Below, piece after piece: positions 9,598 through 20,641 of a DNA stretch of 64,000 nt. A program made the position numbers and the translations under genes. Each line of letters starts with the position of its first letter. Position 1 is the stretch's first letter. The notes under the pieces were generated by a model. It was given only the letters and a program-made list of their open reading frames with translations, did not search any database and was not told the origin of the DNA. The DNA is taken from positions 5,431-69,430 of the forward strand of contig JAZKYY010000010.1 in assembly GCA_045612365.1 (NCBI GenBank), given 5' to 3'. Source of the DNA: Paludibacteraceae bacterium. GTDB lineage: Bacteria; Bacteroidota; Bacteroidia; Bacteroidales; Paludibacteraceae.

Positions 9598-11700
9598 ATG
9601 TTTTCAAATCGTATTTATACGTTGTTTTTATCCGTTTTTTTATTTTGTGTTATGACAATGACAGCAGAAAATCCATTCTTTAATTATAAAAATTGGGATA
9701 CTCCGCATGGGACTTATCCATTTAATGAAATTAAAAACGAACACTACCTTCCTGCTTTTGAGGAAGGGATAAAACAGGGTTTGCAAGAGATAGATGAAAT
9801 TGCAAATAATACAGATTCTCCGACTTTTGAAAATACAATTGAACCATATGTGACATCAGGAAGGTTGCTTAGTGTGGTTGCAAATTGTTTTTTCAACTTG
9901 GCAAGTGCAGAAACTGATGACGAGTTGCAGCAAATTGAGTTAGAGGTTTCTCCTAAATTGTCGGAATATAGTTCTTCAATTAGTTTGAATGAAAATCTTT
10001 TTGCTCGAATCAAATCGGTATACGAACAGCGAGACAAACTTAAGTTGAATAAGGAGCAATACAAAATGCTCGAAGATATTTATGATGACTTTGCTAGCGG
10101 AGCAGTTAGCCTTTCGCTAGAGAAGAAACCGATTTACAGAGGACTAAAAGCACAACTAAGTAAGTTGTCTCTTTCTTATGAGCAAAATGTATTGAAAGCT
10201 ACAAATGCTTGGACAAAACTTTTGCAAGATGAATCTTTGCTAGCAGGTGTGAGTGAGGATGTTAAGCAAATGCTTTATGCCAATGCCGAGAAAAAAGGAA
10301 TGCAAGGTTGGTTGCTCGATTTGAAGCCTACAACTTATATCCCGGTTATGCAATATTGTGAAAATCGTGAAGTTCGCCGAGAGCTTTATATGGCATACAA
10401 TACTCGTTGTATAGGAGGGAATTTTGATAATATCGAACTTATAAAGGAGATTGTTAATACTCGTTTGGCAATTGTGCAACTTTTTGATAAAAAGTGCTAT
10501 GCTGAAAAATCGTTACGTAAAACGATGGCAAAGACAACGGAAAATGTTTATCATCTGCTTGATCAATTGCGAGATGCCTACGTTCCTGTAGCAAGAAGGG
10601 AATATGAAGAATTGCAACAGTTTGCTACAAAGATAGGATTTGATGATGCACTACAAGCTTGGGATTGGAGTTTTTATTCAGAGAAATTGAAGCAAGAAAA
10701 ATATGCTATTAGTGAGGAAGAGTTGCGCCCTTATTTTGAGCTTGAGAATGTGAAAAAAGGAGTTTTCGATTTAGCAAATCGTCTTTTTGGTTTGACGTTT
10801 GTTAAAAGCAACACTATTCAGGTTTATCATGAGGAGGTTGATGCTTATGAGGTGTTTGATAGTGAAGGCAGATTTTTAGCTGTTTATTATTCAGATTTCC
10901 ACCCTAGAGAGGGTAAACGCGGAGGTGCTTGGATGAGTGATTTTAAGCCGCAATATGTAGAGAATGGAGTGGATTCTCGTCCGCATGTTGTGAATGTGAT
11001 GAACTTTACTCGTGCTACGGCAACTAAGCCAGCATTGCTTACTTATAGTGAGGTGGAAACTTTCTTGCACGAATTTGGACATGCATTGCATGGAATTCTT
11101 TCTCGTTGTCAGTACGAGATAGTTTCAGGAACAAATGTAAGTCGTGATTTTGTAGAGCTTCCTTCTCAGTTTATGGAAAACTTCTTGTCGGAAAAAGAGT
11201 TTCTTGACACATTTGCTAAACATTACGAGACTCAACTTTCTATCCCTCAGGATTTGATAGACAAAATCCGTAAGTCTCAAAATTATCATGCAGCGTATGC
11301 TTGTGTTCGTCAATTGAGTTTTGGCTATTTGGATATGGCTTGGCATACGTTAGAACAACCATTTGAAGGTGATGTTATTGATTTTGGAAATGAGGCGATG
11401 GAGCAAGTTGGAGTTCTTCCTGTAGTTCTGAATACTCATATGCAGACAGCATTTACTCATATTTTTTCTGGGGGGTATGCTGCTGGATATTATAGTTATA
11501 AATGGTCGGAGGTGCTTGATGCGGATGCATTTTCGTTGTTTAAGGAGAATGGCATTTTTGATAAAAAAACAGCAGATTCGTTCCGCATAAACATATTGGA
11601 AAAAGGAAGTAGTGAGGATTTGTCTGTTTTGTACAAAAGGTTTAGAGGTCAAGATCCTTCGATTGATGCTTTGATGAAACGTGATGGAATAAAAAAATAA
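9598..11700 (+). CDS. dcp: M3 family metallopeptidase (peptidyl-dipeptidase Dcp-like)
   Basis: 700 aa with a signal peptide and the zinc motif 'FLHEFGHALHG'. Confidence 0.9.
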   Translation: MFSNRIYTLFLSVFLFCVMTMTAENPFFNYKNWDTPHGTYPFNEIKNEHYLPAFEEGIKQGLQEIDEIANNTDSPTFENTIEPYVTSGRLLSVVANCFFNLASAETDDELQQIELEVSPKLSEYSSSISLNENLFARIKSVYEQRDKLKLNKEQYKMLEDIYDDFASGAVSLSLEKKPIYRGLKAQLSKLSLSYEQNVLKATNAWTKLLQDESLLAGVSEDVKQMLYANAEKKGMQGWLLDLKPTTYIPVMQYCENREVRRELYMAYNTRCIGGNFDNIELIKEIVNTRLAIVQLFDKKCYAEKSLRKTMAKTTENVYHLLDQLRDAYVPVARREYEELQQFATKIGFDDALQAWDWSFYSEKLKQEKYAISEEELRPYFELENVKKGVFDLANRLFGLTFVKSNTIQVYHEEVDAYEVFDSEGRFLAVYYSDFHPREGKRGGAWMSDFKPQYVENGVDSRPHVVNVMNFTRATATKPALLTYSEVETFLHEFGHALHGILSRCQYEIVSGTNVSRDFVELPSQFMENFLSEKEFLDTFAKHYETQLSIPQDLIDKIRKSQNYHAAYACVRQLSFGYLDMAWHTLEQPFEGDVIDFGNEAMEQVGVLPVVLNTHMQTAFTHIFSGGYAAGYYSYKWSEVLDADAFSLFKENGIFDKKTADSFRINILEKGSSEDLSVLYKRFRGQDPSIDALMKRDGIKK

Positions 11701-11707
11701 ATATAAC

Positions 11708-13501
11708 ATGATACTAGAAGAAACATTATCCGAAATTGTTGTAAAGGCAGTAAAGTCGCTTTATGACATTGATGTTGAAAAAGAAAATATTCAGTTGCAG
11801 AAAACAAGAAAAGAGTTTGCTGGGGATATAACAGTTGTAACTTTTTCTTTTGTGAAGCAGGCACGTAAATCGCCTGAACTTCTTGGTAAGGAATTGGGCG
11901 AATATATTTGTCAAAATTTTCCTTTGGTATTGGATTTTAATGTAATAAAAGGATTCTTGAATCTTACGATTGATGTGTCGTATTGGTTGGGAATGTTGGA
12001 AAAAATAGATGCGGAAGAGAAATTCGGATTTGTTCCGCAAACTGAAAATTCTCCTTTGGTGATGGTAGAATATTCTTCTCCAAATACAAACAAACCTTTG
12101 CATTTAGGACATATTCGTAATAATTTATTGGGCTTTAGTTTGAGTGAAATCTTAAAAGCAAATGGTAATAACGTTGTGAAAACCAATATCGTAAACGATA
12201 GAGGAATTCATATTTGTAAGTCGATGTTAGCTTGGAAAAAGTTTGGAGAAAATGCAACCCCAACTTCTCTTAATGTAAAAGGTGATCATTTGGTGGGCGA
12301 TTTTTATGTTAAATTCGACAAAGAATATAAAAGTCAGATTGCTGATATGATGACGCAAGGGATGTCGGAAGAGGATGCAAAACGTAATGCTCCATTGATG
12401 CTTGAGGCACAAGAAATGTTGCGAGCATGGGAAGCTGGAGATACTGAAGTTCGCGAACTTTGGCAAAAAATGAATGAATGGGTTTATGCCGGATTTGATG
12501 AAACTTATAAACGCTTAGGTGTTGATTTTGATAAAATTTATTACGAATCAGATACATATCTTGAGGGTAAATCAAAGGTAGAAGAGGGTTTGCAAAAAGG
12601 AGTTTTTTATAGACGAGAAGATGGCTCTGTTTGGGCAGATCTTACCGCTGAAGGTTTGGACGAGAAACTTCTTTTACGTGCTGATGGAACATCGGTATAT
12701 ATGACTCAAGATATTGGTACTGCTAAACTTCGTTTTGAGGATTTTTCTATAGATAAAATGGTTTATGTAGTTGGAAATGAACAAAATTATCATTTTCAGG
12801 TATTGTCTATTTTGTTAGATAAATTGGGCTTCAAGTGGGGTAAAGATTTGGTTCATTTCTCTTATGGAATGGTAGAACTTCCCGAGGGAAAAATGAAGAG
12901 TCGTGAAGGAACTGTTGTAGACGCCGATGATTTGATGGATGAAATGATTGCTACTGCAAAAGAAACTTCCGAAGAATTAGGCAAACTTGATAATTGCTCT
13001 CCAGAAGAGGTGGAAAATATTACCAGAATGGTTGGGCTTGGGGCTTTGAAATATTTTATTCTTAAGGTAGATCCTCGTAAGAATATGACTTTTGATCCAA
13101 AAGAATCAATTGATTTTAATGGAAATACAGGTCCATTTATTCAGTATACTTATGCTCGGATAAAGTCCGTTCTAAGAAAAGCCGAGGAACAAGAAATTGC
13201 CATTGATGGAAAACTTGATAAAAACCTAAAAATTTCAGAGAAAGAGTCGGGATTGATTCAACTTTTGATTGCTTTTCAGGAGACTGTACAATTGGCAGGA
13301 AAAGAGTATAGTCCTTCAGTAATAGCAAATTATACTTATGATTTGGTGAAAGAATATAATCAATTCTATCACGATTTTTCAATACTAAAAGAAGAAAATG
13401 AGTCGTTGCGTTCGTTCCGACTTTTATTGTCGAAAAATGTGGCAAAGGTTATAAAGCTAGCAATGAGTTTGTTAGGAATAGAAGTGCCTGAAAGAATGTA
13501 A
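11708..13501 (+). CDS. argS: Arginine--tRNA ligase
   Basis: HIGH motif 'PLHLGHIRNN', KMSKS-like 'GKMKSREG', and a C-terminal DALR anticodon-binding region. Confidence 0.95.
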   Translation: MILEETLSEIVVKAVKSLYDIDVEKENIQLQKTRKEFAGDITVVTFSFVKQARKSPELLGKELGEYICQNFPLVLDFNVIKGFLNLTIDVSYWLGMLEKIDAEEKFGFVPQTENSPLVMVEYSSPNTNKPLHLGHIRNNLLGFSLSEILKANGNNVVKTNIVNDRGIHICKSMLAWKKFGENATPTSLNVKGDHLVGDFYVKFDKEYKSQIADMMTQGMSEEDAKRNAPLMLEAQEMLRAWEAGDTEVRELWQKMNEWVYAGFDETYKRLGVDFDKIYYESDTYLEGKSKVEEGLQKGVFYRREDGSVWADLTAEGLDEKLLLRADGTSVYMTQDIGTAKLRFEDFSIDKMVYVVGNEQNYHFQVLSILLDKLGFKWGKDLVHFSYGMVELPEGKMKSREGTVVDADDLMDEMIATAKETSEELGKLDNCSPEEVENITRMVGLGALKYFILKVDPRKNMTFDPKESIDFNGNTGPFIQYTYARIKSVLRKAEEQEIAIDGKLDKNLKISEKESGLIQLLIAFQETVQLAGKEYSPSVIANYTYDLVKEYNQFYHDFSILKEENESLRSFRLLLSKNVAKVIKLAMSLLGIEVPERM

Positions 13502-13519
13502 TTTTTGCTGAGATTTAAA

Positions 13520-14329
13520 ATGATCTGTTTCCCTAATGCAAAAATAAATCTTGGATTAAATATCGTTTCTAGATTACCAAATGGGTATCATAACATAGAA
13601 ACGGTGTTTTATCCCATTCCTTTGTGCGATGTTTTGGAGTTTGTCCCTGCTCAAAAAACTTCGCTTTATGTAGAGGGAGTTGATTTTGAAGGAGATATTG
13701 AAAATAATTTGGTGGTGAGAGTTTTACGACTTCTTCAGAAGGATTTCTTATTGCCAGAGTTGGAGATTTTCTTGCAGAAAAAAATCCCTGTTGGAGCGGG
13801 TTTGGGAGGAGGGTCATCTGATGCGGCATTTATGTTGAAAATGCTTAATCAGTTCTTTGGTTTGGAACTTTCTATTGAACAGATGGAAAACTATGTTTCT
13901 CAATTGGGGGCAGATTGTGCTTTTTTTATCAAAAACAAGCCAGTTTTTGCTACGGGAATAGGTAATGTTTTTTCAGATATAGATGTCTCATTAAAAGATT
14001 TATATCTGGCATTGATAAAACCAAATATTTTTGTTTCTACAAAAGAGGCTTATTCAAATGTAGTTCCAAAATCGCCTCTTATTTCTTTGATTAACGCCAT
14101 AAAACAACCTGTTTCTTTTTGGAAAAACACTGTAGAGAATGACTTTGAAAAGGGAATTTTTGAACTTTATCCACAAATTGAAGCACTCAAAAATGATTTT
14201 TATCAAAATGGAGCTATTTATGCTTCAATGTCGGGTTCTGGATCTTCTGTTTATGGAATTTTTCAGAAAAAACCGATTCTAAAAACTAGTGATTATGAAC
14301 TCGCATTCTGCGAAAAGATTTTAGAATAA
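13520..14329 (+). CDS. ispE: 4-(cytidine 5'-diphospho)-2-C-methyl-D-erythritol kinase
   Basis: 'KINLGLNI' N-terminus and the GHMP kinase motif 'PVGAGLGGGSSDAA'. The ATG at 13520 is preferred over the TTG at 13505. Confidence 0.9.
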   Translation: MICFPNAKINLGLNIVSRLPNGYHNIETVFYPIPLCDVLEFVPAQKTSLYVEGVDFEGDIENNLVVRVLRLLQKDFLLPELEIFLQKKIPVGAGLGGGSSDAAFMLKMLNQFFGLELSIEQMENYVSQLGADCAFFIKNKPVFATGIGNVFSDIDVSLKDLYLALIKPNIFVSTKEAYSNVVPKSPLISLINAIKQPVSFWKNTVENDFEKGIFELYPQIEALKNDFYQNGAIYASMSGSGSSVYGIFQKKPILKTSDYELAFCEKILE

Positions 14330-14336
14330 CTTTGAT

Positions 14337-14912
14337 CTAAAATTTTTTAAGTTCTTGATATAATCGTTGAAGAGGTAAGCCCATAACATTCCAGTAAGAG
14401 CCAGATATGGACTGAATCCCAATGAAGCCTATCCATTCTTGTATGCCATAAGCGCCTGCTTTGTCTAATGGGTGGAAATTTTTTACATAATATTCAATCT
14501 CTTCTTTGGAAAGATGTGAGAAGGTAACGCTTGAAGCAACTGAAAAAACACTTTCTTTTTCTGTTGTTCTTAAACAAACGCCAGTAAAAACTTGATGTGT
14601 TTTACCAGAAAGTAACAATAGCATTTTTTTTGCTTCATTTTCGTTGGTTGGTTTTCCTAAAACTTTATTTTCAACGCAAACAATGGTGTCTGCAGAAATA
14701 ATTAGTTCATCATTTTTTATTTCAAAGGAATTTGATTTTTGCCGTGCTAGAAATTCCACAATCTCAGTACCTTGCAGTGTGTCTGGATAAATTTCTTCTA
14801 GTTCTTCTTGTGTTTTAATGAAAAAATTTACACCAAGTGCATTTAACAATTCTTTTCTTCTTGGAGATTTTGATGCTAGTATTATTTGATATTTTTCTAG
14901 ATTTGAAAGCAT
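14337..14912 (-). CDS. maf: Maf family nucleoside-triphosphate pyrophosphatase
   Basis: 'ILASKSPRRKELL', 'ISADTIV' and 'KAGAYGIQE' Maf motifs. Confidence 0.9.
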   Translation of the reverse strand: MLSNLEKYQIILASKSPRRKELLNALGVNFFIKTQEELEEIYPDTLQGTEIVEFLARQKSNSFEIKNDELIISADTIVCVENKVLGKPTNENEAKKMLLLLSGKTHQVFTGVCLRTTEKESVFSVASSVTFSHLSKEEIEYYVKNFHPLDKAGAYGIQEWIGFIGIQSISGSYWNVMGLPLQRLYQELKKF

Positions 14913-14914
14913 TT

Positions 14915-15460
14915 CTATTTTGATTGGGTTAAAAAGTGTTTTTCGTTCAATCGGGAGTAAATATATGTATCAGTAAATCTGTTTTCTATTAATAGCCAGT
15001 CGGTCAGAATCCCTTTTTTTTTGAATCCTGATTTTTTAAAAACTTTTATACTCGCATAGTTGTTAGACGCAATGTGGCAATAGACTTGGTGTAGATGTAG
15101 AAGATTAAATATATACTCGCATGTTAAGTTTATCGCTTGAGTTGCAAATCCGTTGTTGGAAAATTCTTCGTCAACCAAAATTCCTATTCCAACTTTTAAG
15201 TTGTGTGTGTCGAAATCAAATAAATCTACGCATCCTACGGTTTGTGAAAATTCTTTTTCTTCTATCATCAGTCTAAGTTGTTTCTGCTCGTAAATAGATT
15301 GACTGTTTTCAATGTAGCATTTGAGTGTATATCTTGAGTAGGGATTCATATTGTTCCCTTCTTGCCAAAATTTCGAATCGTTTTCCCACTTGTATAGTAA
15401 TTCTAAATCTTCTGGTTCTAAGGCTCTAAGTCTTATTTTTTCATTTTCTAAATAAATCAT
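14915..15460 (-). CDS. GNAT family N-acetyltransferase
   Basis: 181 aa. 'IRLRALEPEDLELLYKWEND' N-terminus and an RimJ/RimL-like acetyltransferase core. Confidence 0.75.
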   Translation of the reverse strand: MIYLENEKIRLRALEPEDLELLYKWENDSKFWQEGNNMNPYSRYTLKCYIENSQSIYEQKQLRLMIEEKEFSQTVGCVDLFDFDTHNLKVGIGILVDEEFSNNGFATQAINLTCEYIFNLLHLHQVYCHIASNNYASIKVFKKSGFKKKGILTDWLLIENRFTDTYIYSRLNEKHFLTQSK

Positions 15461-15521
15461 TTATTTCGTTTTTTTAGTGTTGAAAAGAATAAAATAAATT
15501 TGGTAGAAAAAAAAAGATATA

Positions 15522-15529
15522 TATCTTTG
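15522..15529 (+). promoter_or_regulatory. Bacteroidota -7 promoter element (TAnnTTTG)
   Basis: 'TATCTTTG' lies 71 nt upstream of the ATG at 15600. Confidence 0.4.
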
Positions 15530-15599
15530 CAACGTTTTACTCTGTTTAGTAGAACTAAAAGTGTACAAAAATATAAACTATTTTATTAGTTAAACAGAA

Positions 15600-16304
15600 A
15601 TGAGAAAAATTATTTTTATCCTACCTATTGCTATTGTAGCATTGTTTTTGTCGTCTTGCGACTATAAACCATTGAGTGTAAATCAGACTATGGAGTTTGT
15701 AAAAGTCTCTCCTGATGGTATGACTCCATTTTTGATAGGTAAATATGAAGTTAGCCAACGTGAGTGGCGTTCTGTTATGGGAAATAATCCTTCCTATCAT
15801 CAATATGGTGATGATTATCCAGTTGAGAATGTTTCTTATGAAGATGTTCAAGTGTTTCTTGAAAAATTAAATAAGAATACTGGTAAAGAGTTTCGTTTGC
15901 CTACAAGAGAAGAGTGGATGGCTGCAGCTCGCTGCGCGAACCGTGAATTTTATGCTTTCTCGGGATGTAATGAAAATAATGTTACAAAAGGAGGAGAACT
16001 TATTGAGAACGACACTATTTTGAGAGCGTATGCTGTGTACAAAGATAACTCGCGAAATGTTAGAGGTGAGTATGTCATAGCAAAAAGAGGTATAAAAGAA
16101 CCTAATACAATTGGTCTTTATGATATGAGTGGAAATGTGTCGGAAATGACTTGTGATACTATACCAGAAGGTGATGGTGTTTATGTTAAAGGTGGTTCTT
16201 GTTTCTCTTCTAAAGATGCCTTGAAAATAGATGCTGAAAACCAAATTCTTTTTGGAGTAAAAGGAATTAGATGTGGTTTCCGTTTAGTTCGTGTAGTAGA
16301 TTAA
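15600..16304 (+). CDS. Formylglycine-generating enzyme (SUMF1) family lipoprotein
   Basis: Lipobox 'FLSSC', plus 'FLIGKYEVSQREWRSVMGNNPS', 'PVENVSYEDVQVFLEKLN' and 'FRLPTREEW' FGE-sulfatase motifs. Confidence 0.8.
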   Translation: MRKIIFILPIAIVALFLSSCDYKPLSVNQTMEFVKVSPDGMTPFLIGKYEVSQREWRSVMGNNPSYHQYGDDYPVENVSYEDVQVFLEKLNKNTGKEFRLPTREEWMAAARCANREFYAFSGCNENNVTKGGELIENDTILRAYAVYKDNSRNVRGEYVIAKRGIKEPNTIGLYDMSGNVSEMTCDTIPEGDGVYVKGGSCFSSKDALKIDAENQILFGVKGIRCGFRLVRVVD

Positions 16305-16323
16305 GGTTTTGAATAATATGATT

Positions 16324-16357
16324 AAAAAGGGTTGAAATTCTTCAACCCTTTTTTTGT
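16324..16357 (+). terminator. Rho-independent terminator
   Basis: Perfect 10-bp stem AAGGGTTGAA/TTCAACCCTT (16327-16350) followed by a T-run. Confidence 0.85.
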
Positions 16358-16415
16358 TTTTGTCTCATAATTTTTAATCTAATAGGCTACATTTTTTTCT
16401 TCCTTTACTTTTTTT

Positions 16416-16423
16416 TACCTTTG
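16416..16423 (+). promoter_or_regulatory. Bacteroidota -7 promoter element (TAnnTTTG)
   Basis: 'TACCTTTG' ends 26 nt upstream of the ATG at 16449. Confidence 0.5.
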
Positions 16424-16448
16424 CGTTTAGGAAAATAAAAAAAAGAAG

Positions 16449-18176
16449 ATGAAAAAGTTTTTCTTGTTTATTGTTTTTTCTTTTTTTGGCATAACATTCG
16501 TTTTGTTTGCACAAAATAATAGTGTTTATCCCAGAATAGAGAAAAATGGTGTAGAGTATTATGAATATGTTGTCCGTCAAGGCGAAGGACTTTGGTCTAT
16601 TAGTCAGCGATTTGGAGTTTCGCAAGCAGATTTACATAAGAATAATCTAGAGATAAACGCCAATGGCGGACTAAAAGTCGGTCAGAAACTGAAAATTCCT
16701 ATAATAAAGACTGTGGAAGAATCTTCCTTGACGGAAGAAAAACTTGATGTTTCTTATCGGACTCATATTGTAGAGCGAAAACAAACGCTTTATGCCATTT
16801 CTAAACTTTATGATGTGAAGATTGATGAACTAATTTCTTGTAACAAATTACAAGGAAGTGAAATAAAGGAAGGCCAGAAACTTCTCATCCCTCAAAAAAA
16901 AGTACTTGCAAGAGAATCTGTTAAAGAATCAGACACAATAACTTTTATAGAACACGAAGTAAAGAGAAAAGAAACTCTCTTTAGTATTAGTCGGCAATAT
17001 GGAGTTGATATAAATGACATAACCCAATATAATGAAATAAGGGAGTCACTCCCTAAGGGAATGATCTTGAGGATTCCTCAAAAAAGGGCAATAGAGAAAA
17101 ATTTGGTTGATACTCTAGTTGTAGAAGACGAAAAAGAGTTTTTTCAAGAGCAAAAAGATTCATCTTTGATTATTAAAATAGGAATTCTACTTCCATTCCG
17201 ACTTTCGGATAAAAAAGCAAATGATAGATTTTTGGATTTTTACAAAGGTTGTTTGTTGGCACTAAGCAATGCGAAAAAGAAAGGAGTGTCAACAGCAGTC
17301 TTTACTTATGATACTGAGAACTCTAAAGAAACTGTCTTTGCGATATTAAAGGATGATAAACTTAAAGAAGTTGATTTGATAATTGGTCCTGCGTATGCGG
17401 ATATAATTCCTTTGGTAGCTGAATTTGCCATTAAGAATCAGATTTATACAGTTATTCCGTTCTCTTCAAGTGTGCAAGACATAGATAAAAATCCATATCT
17501 AATACAAGTAAATCCTACTCAAAAGATGTTAATGGATTTGGTTGTTACAGATTTGGTAAAAAAGAATAGAAGTAAGTTGTTTGTTTTGGGAAAAGTATCT
17601 GTAGGAGAGAAGGATAAGGGTCGTCTTTTTGCAGAGAGTTTAGAAAAGGAGTTAATAGAAAATCATGTTCCTTATGAGTCGATTGATATAGAAAAGGCGA
17701 ATATTGATTCAGTTTTGGAACTGACGGCAAATGTTTCAACATTATTTCTACTTGCTTCGGAGGATAAAAATAAAGTGTCTCCATATATTAAAATATTGTC
17801 AGCGAGAAGACCTAAAAACTTAGAAGTTATCGGGTTTGAAAAGTGGGGAATAGATCTGTTTCTTGGAACTACGTTGCCAATATGTTATTCTTCTCTTTTT
17901 ATGGACAAGAAAACCATAGCAACGGATATGTATAATTCTCAATTCATAAGCCAATTCGGCACTCCTGTTTCCAACGATGTACCTCGTTATGATATGTTGG
18001 GCTTTGATATAATGCAATATATGTTGCAGATGCTATTAATTGACCAGGAGAATCCTACAAATGGATTTGCTTCACTAGTAGTAAGAGATTGTGTGCAGTC
18101 GGAGTTTAAGTTTGTGCCAATAGAAAATGGAGGATGGGTTAATCAAAATTTCTACATCCATAATAATGTGAGATAG
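16449..18176 (+). CDS. LysM-repeat protein fused to a periplasmic-binding-protein-like domain
   Basis: Signal peptide and three LysM repeats ('YVVRQGEGLWSISQRFGVS', 'HIVERKQTLYAISKLYDV', 'HEVKRKETLFSISRQYGV'), followed by a ~350-aa PBP type-1-like region. Confidence 0.8.
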   Translation: MKKFFLFIVFSFFGITFVLFAQNNSVYPRIEKNGVEYYEYVVRQGEGLWSISQRFGVSQADLHKNNLEINANGGLKVGQKLKIPIIKTVEESSLTEEKLDVSYRTHIVERKQTLYAISKLYDVKIDELISCNKLQGSEIKEGQKLLIPQKKVLARESVKESDTITFIEHEVKRKETLFSISRQYGVDINDITQYNEIRESLPKGMILRIPQKRAIEKNLVDTLVVEDEKEFFQEQKDSSLIIKIGILLPFRLSDKKANDRFLDFYKGCLLALSNAKKKGVSTAVFTYDTENSKETVFAILKDDKLKEVDLIIGPAYADIIPLVAEFAIKNQIYTVIPFSSSVQDIDKNPYLIQVNPTQKMLMDLVVTDLVKKNRSKLFVLGKVSVGEKDKGRLFAESLEKELIENHVPYESIDIEKANIDSVLELTANVSTLFLLASEDKNKVSPYIKILSARRPKNLEVIGFEKWGIDLFLGTTLPICYSSLFMDKKTIATDMYNSQFISQFGTPVSNDVPRYDMLGFDIMQYMLQMLLIDQENPTNGFASLVVRDCVQSEFKFVPIENGGWVNQNFYIHNNVR

Positions 18177-18192
18177 GCTCTTGGAAAAAGGT

Positions 18193-18873
18193 ATGTTTAA
18201 GAGAAGTTTTTTCGTTGTAGTATTATTGTTTTCCTCTTCTTTTATTTGGGCTTATGAACCAGAAATAGCAATAGGTACGAAGCACGGCGGAGTTGCTTCG
18301 ACTATTCTTTTCCCTTCTAATTCTAATGTAAAACCAATTTATACATTAGGTTATACTGGAGGAGTTTACACTCGTTTGATTTTTGAGAAATATTTTGGTT
18401 TGCAAGTAGAGTTGAATTATATGCAACGTGGTTGGCAAGAAAAGGAGATGAGTTTTAGTTATGCACGTCAAACTCATTATTTAGAATTGCCGTTCATAAC
18501 CCATATTTTTTTTGGAAAGAAAAAGTTTAGGTGGTTTTTTAATTTGGGATTGAATCTTGGTGTTTATTTGGGAGAGAAGAGATCTGAAAATTTAATTGAT
18601 TCTCATAACCATGAGAAGGTTTATAAACAGCATGAATTAGCTGTTGCTCATAAATTTGATTATGGTATTTGTGGTGGAACTGGTTTTGAGTTTCATACGA
18701 AAGCAGGTATTTATCAGTTAGATGCTCGTTATCATTATGGTTTAGGAGATATTTTCCCTAACACAATTAAAGATGATTTTGGGCGCTCAAGTAATCAAAA
18801 TATTAGTATTTGCTTAGGAGTTTTATTTGATATTAATAAGTTGAAAAGACAAAAAAACTTGTCGAAGAAATAA
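18193..18873 (+). CDS. Outer-membrane beta-barrel (PorT/OmpW-like) protein
   Basis: Signal peptide, alternating aromatic/Gly beta-strand pattern, and a terminal aromatic-rich strand. The ATG at 18193 is preferred over the TTG at 18181. Confidence 0.6.
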   Translation: MFKRSFFVVVLLFSSSFIWAYEPEIAIGTKHGGVASTILFPSNSNVKPIYTLGYTGGVYTRLIFEKYFGLQVELNYMQRGWQEKEMSFSYARQTHYLELPFITHIFFGKKKFRWFFNLGLNLGVYLGEKRSENLIDSHNHEKVYKQHELAVAHKFDYGICGGTGFEFHTKAGIYQLDARYHYGLGDIFPNTIKDDFGRSSNQNISICLGVLFDINKLKRQKNLSKK

Positions 18874-18884
18874 ATTTTAGTGGT

Positions 18885-19751
18885 ATGCAGCAATATTTAG
18901 ATTTGTGTAAAACAATTTTGGAAAAAGGGATAAGAAAGGAAGACAGAACAGGAACGGGAACAATCTCCTATTTTGGGTATCAGATGCGTTTTGATTTGTC
19001 GGAGGGGTTTCCGCTTCTAACCACTAAAAAAGTGCATCTTAAAAGCATTATTCATGAATTGTTATGGTTTATTTCGGGAAATACGAATATCAAATATTTG
19101 GTGGACAATAATGTTCGTATTTGGAATGAATGGCCATTTGCTATTTATCAAAAGTCTGCTGAGTATAAGGGAGAAACTCAAGAAGAGTTTGTAGAAAAAA
19201 TAAAATCAAGTGTAGAGTTTGCTCAAAAGTGGGGAGAATTAGGACCAGTTTATGGTAAACAATGGAGAAATTTTGGAGGAGTAGATCAACTTGCCGAGTT
19301 GATTGCTCAAATCAAAAAAAATCCTACTAGTCGGAGATTGATTATTTCTGCGTGGAATCCATCTGAAGTGGAAGATATGGCACTTCCTCCTTGTCATTGT
19401 TTTATGCAATTTTACGTAAATGAAGGACGACTTTCTTGTCAGCTTTACCAAAGAAGTGCGGATGTTTTTTTGGGAGTACCTTTCAATATCGCTAGTTATG
19501 CGTTATTTACAATGATGATTGCTCAAGTAACGGGGTTGAAATTAGGTGATTTTGTGCACGTATTGGGTGATGCTCATATTTATTCGAATCACATAGAGCA
19601 GATTAATGAGCAACTGTCTCGTGAACCAAGAAATTTGCCAACGATGTTAATTAACCCTAATAAAACGAATATCGAAGACTTTGTTTTTGAAGATTTTGAA
19701 TTAAAAAATTACGATCCACATCCAGCAATAAAAGGAATTGTGGCAGTTTAA
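18885..19751 (+). CDS. thyA: Thymidylate synthase
   Basis: 'DRTGTGT', the catalytic '[12 protein letters not shown]', and '[18 protein letters not shown]'. Confidence 0.95.
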   Translation: MQQYLDLCKTILEKGIRKEDRTGTGTISYFGYQMRFDLSEGFPLLTTKKVHLKSIIHELLWFISGNTNIKYLVDNNVRIWNEWPFAIYQKSAEYKGETQEEFVEKIKSSVEFAQKWGELGPVYGKQWRNFGGVDQLAELIAQIKKNPTSRRLIISAWNPSEVEDMALPPCHCFMQFYVNEGRLSCQLYQRSADVFLGVPFNIASYALFTMMIAQVTGLKLGDFVHVLGDAHIYSNHIEQINEQLSREPRNLPTMLINPNKTNIEDFVFEDFELKNYDPHPAIKGIVAV

Positions 19752-19765
19752 AGCAAGAGAAAAAT

Positions 19766-20635
19766 ATGATACAATCAATGACTGGCTATGGGAAATCTAT
19801 TGCCGAATATAATGGAAAGAAAATAACAGTTGAAGTTAAATCTTTGAATAGTCGCCAATTGGACTTGTCTGTTAAGATTCCTGCTGCGTATAGAGAAAAA
19901 GAGTTGCTTGTTCGTAATGAAGTGCTTCGTACACTCGAGCGAGGAAAGGTAGATTTTGGAATCTTTTTTGAGAATGTAGGAGAAGAAAGTTCGGTTTTGA
20001 TGAACAAAGATTTGATTGCTGCATATAAAAAACAAATTAATTTTCTTGCTTCAGAATTGGAAATCGAACAACCAAAAGATTGGTTTTCTATTTTGCTAAA
20101 AATGCCAGAAGTCTTCAAACAGAACGCTCCGATTTCAGACGATGCCGAATGGGAGATAATTGCCAATGCGATTAAAGAAGCTTTATCTCAACTTGTTGAA
20201 TTTAGAAAGCAAGAGGGTACAGCTCTTGAAAATGTTTTTAATGAAAAACTTAATAATATTTCATCTTATTTGGAAGAAATAAAAACTTACGAAGCGGAGC
20301 GGATAGAAAAAATCTCCAATCGTTTGCGTGAAAATTTGAAAAAAATAGAAGTTGAATTTGATAAAAATAGGTTTGAGCAAGAACTGATTTTTTATATTGA
20401 AAAACTTGATATATCGGAAGAAAAAACTCGATTAACAAATCATTTAAAGTATTTCCGTGAAACGATGGAGAATGAACTTGGGCAAGGTAAAAAACTGGGT
20501 TTTATTGCTCAAGAAATGGGACGGGAAATTAACACTATGGGATCTAAATCGAACCATTCTGAAATGCAAATTTTGGTGGTGAAGATGAAAGATGAGTTAG
20601 AACAAATAAAAGAGCAAGTCCTAAATGTCCTATAA
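19766..20635 (+). CDS. YicC family stress-induced protein
   Basis: 'MIQSMTGYG' N-terminus and C-terminal 'GREINTMGSKS' YicC motifs. Confidence 0.85.
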   Translation: MIQSMTGYGKSIAEYNGKKITVEVKSLNSRQLDLSVKIPAAYREKELLVRNEVLRTLERGKVDFGIFFENVGEESSVLMNKDLIAAYKKQINFLASELEIEQPKDWFSILLKMPEVFKQNAPISDDAEWEIIANAIKEALSQLVEFRKQEGTALENVFNEKLNNISSYLEEIKTYEAERIEKISNRLRENLKKIEVEFDKNRFEQELIFYIEKLDISEEKTRLTNHLKYFRETMENELGQGKKLGFIAQEMGREINTMGSKSNHSEMQILVVKMKDELEQIKEQVLNVL

Positions 20636-20641
20636 TTTGAG

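Noticed and set aside
16374-16625. 83-aa minus-strand ORF across the LysM gene promoter and start.
   Set aside because: It overlaps the promoter element and the signal-peptide-coding region of a well-supported gene. It is Lys/Asn-rich low complexity.
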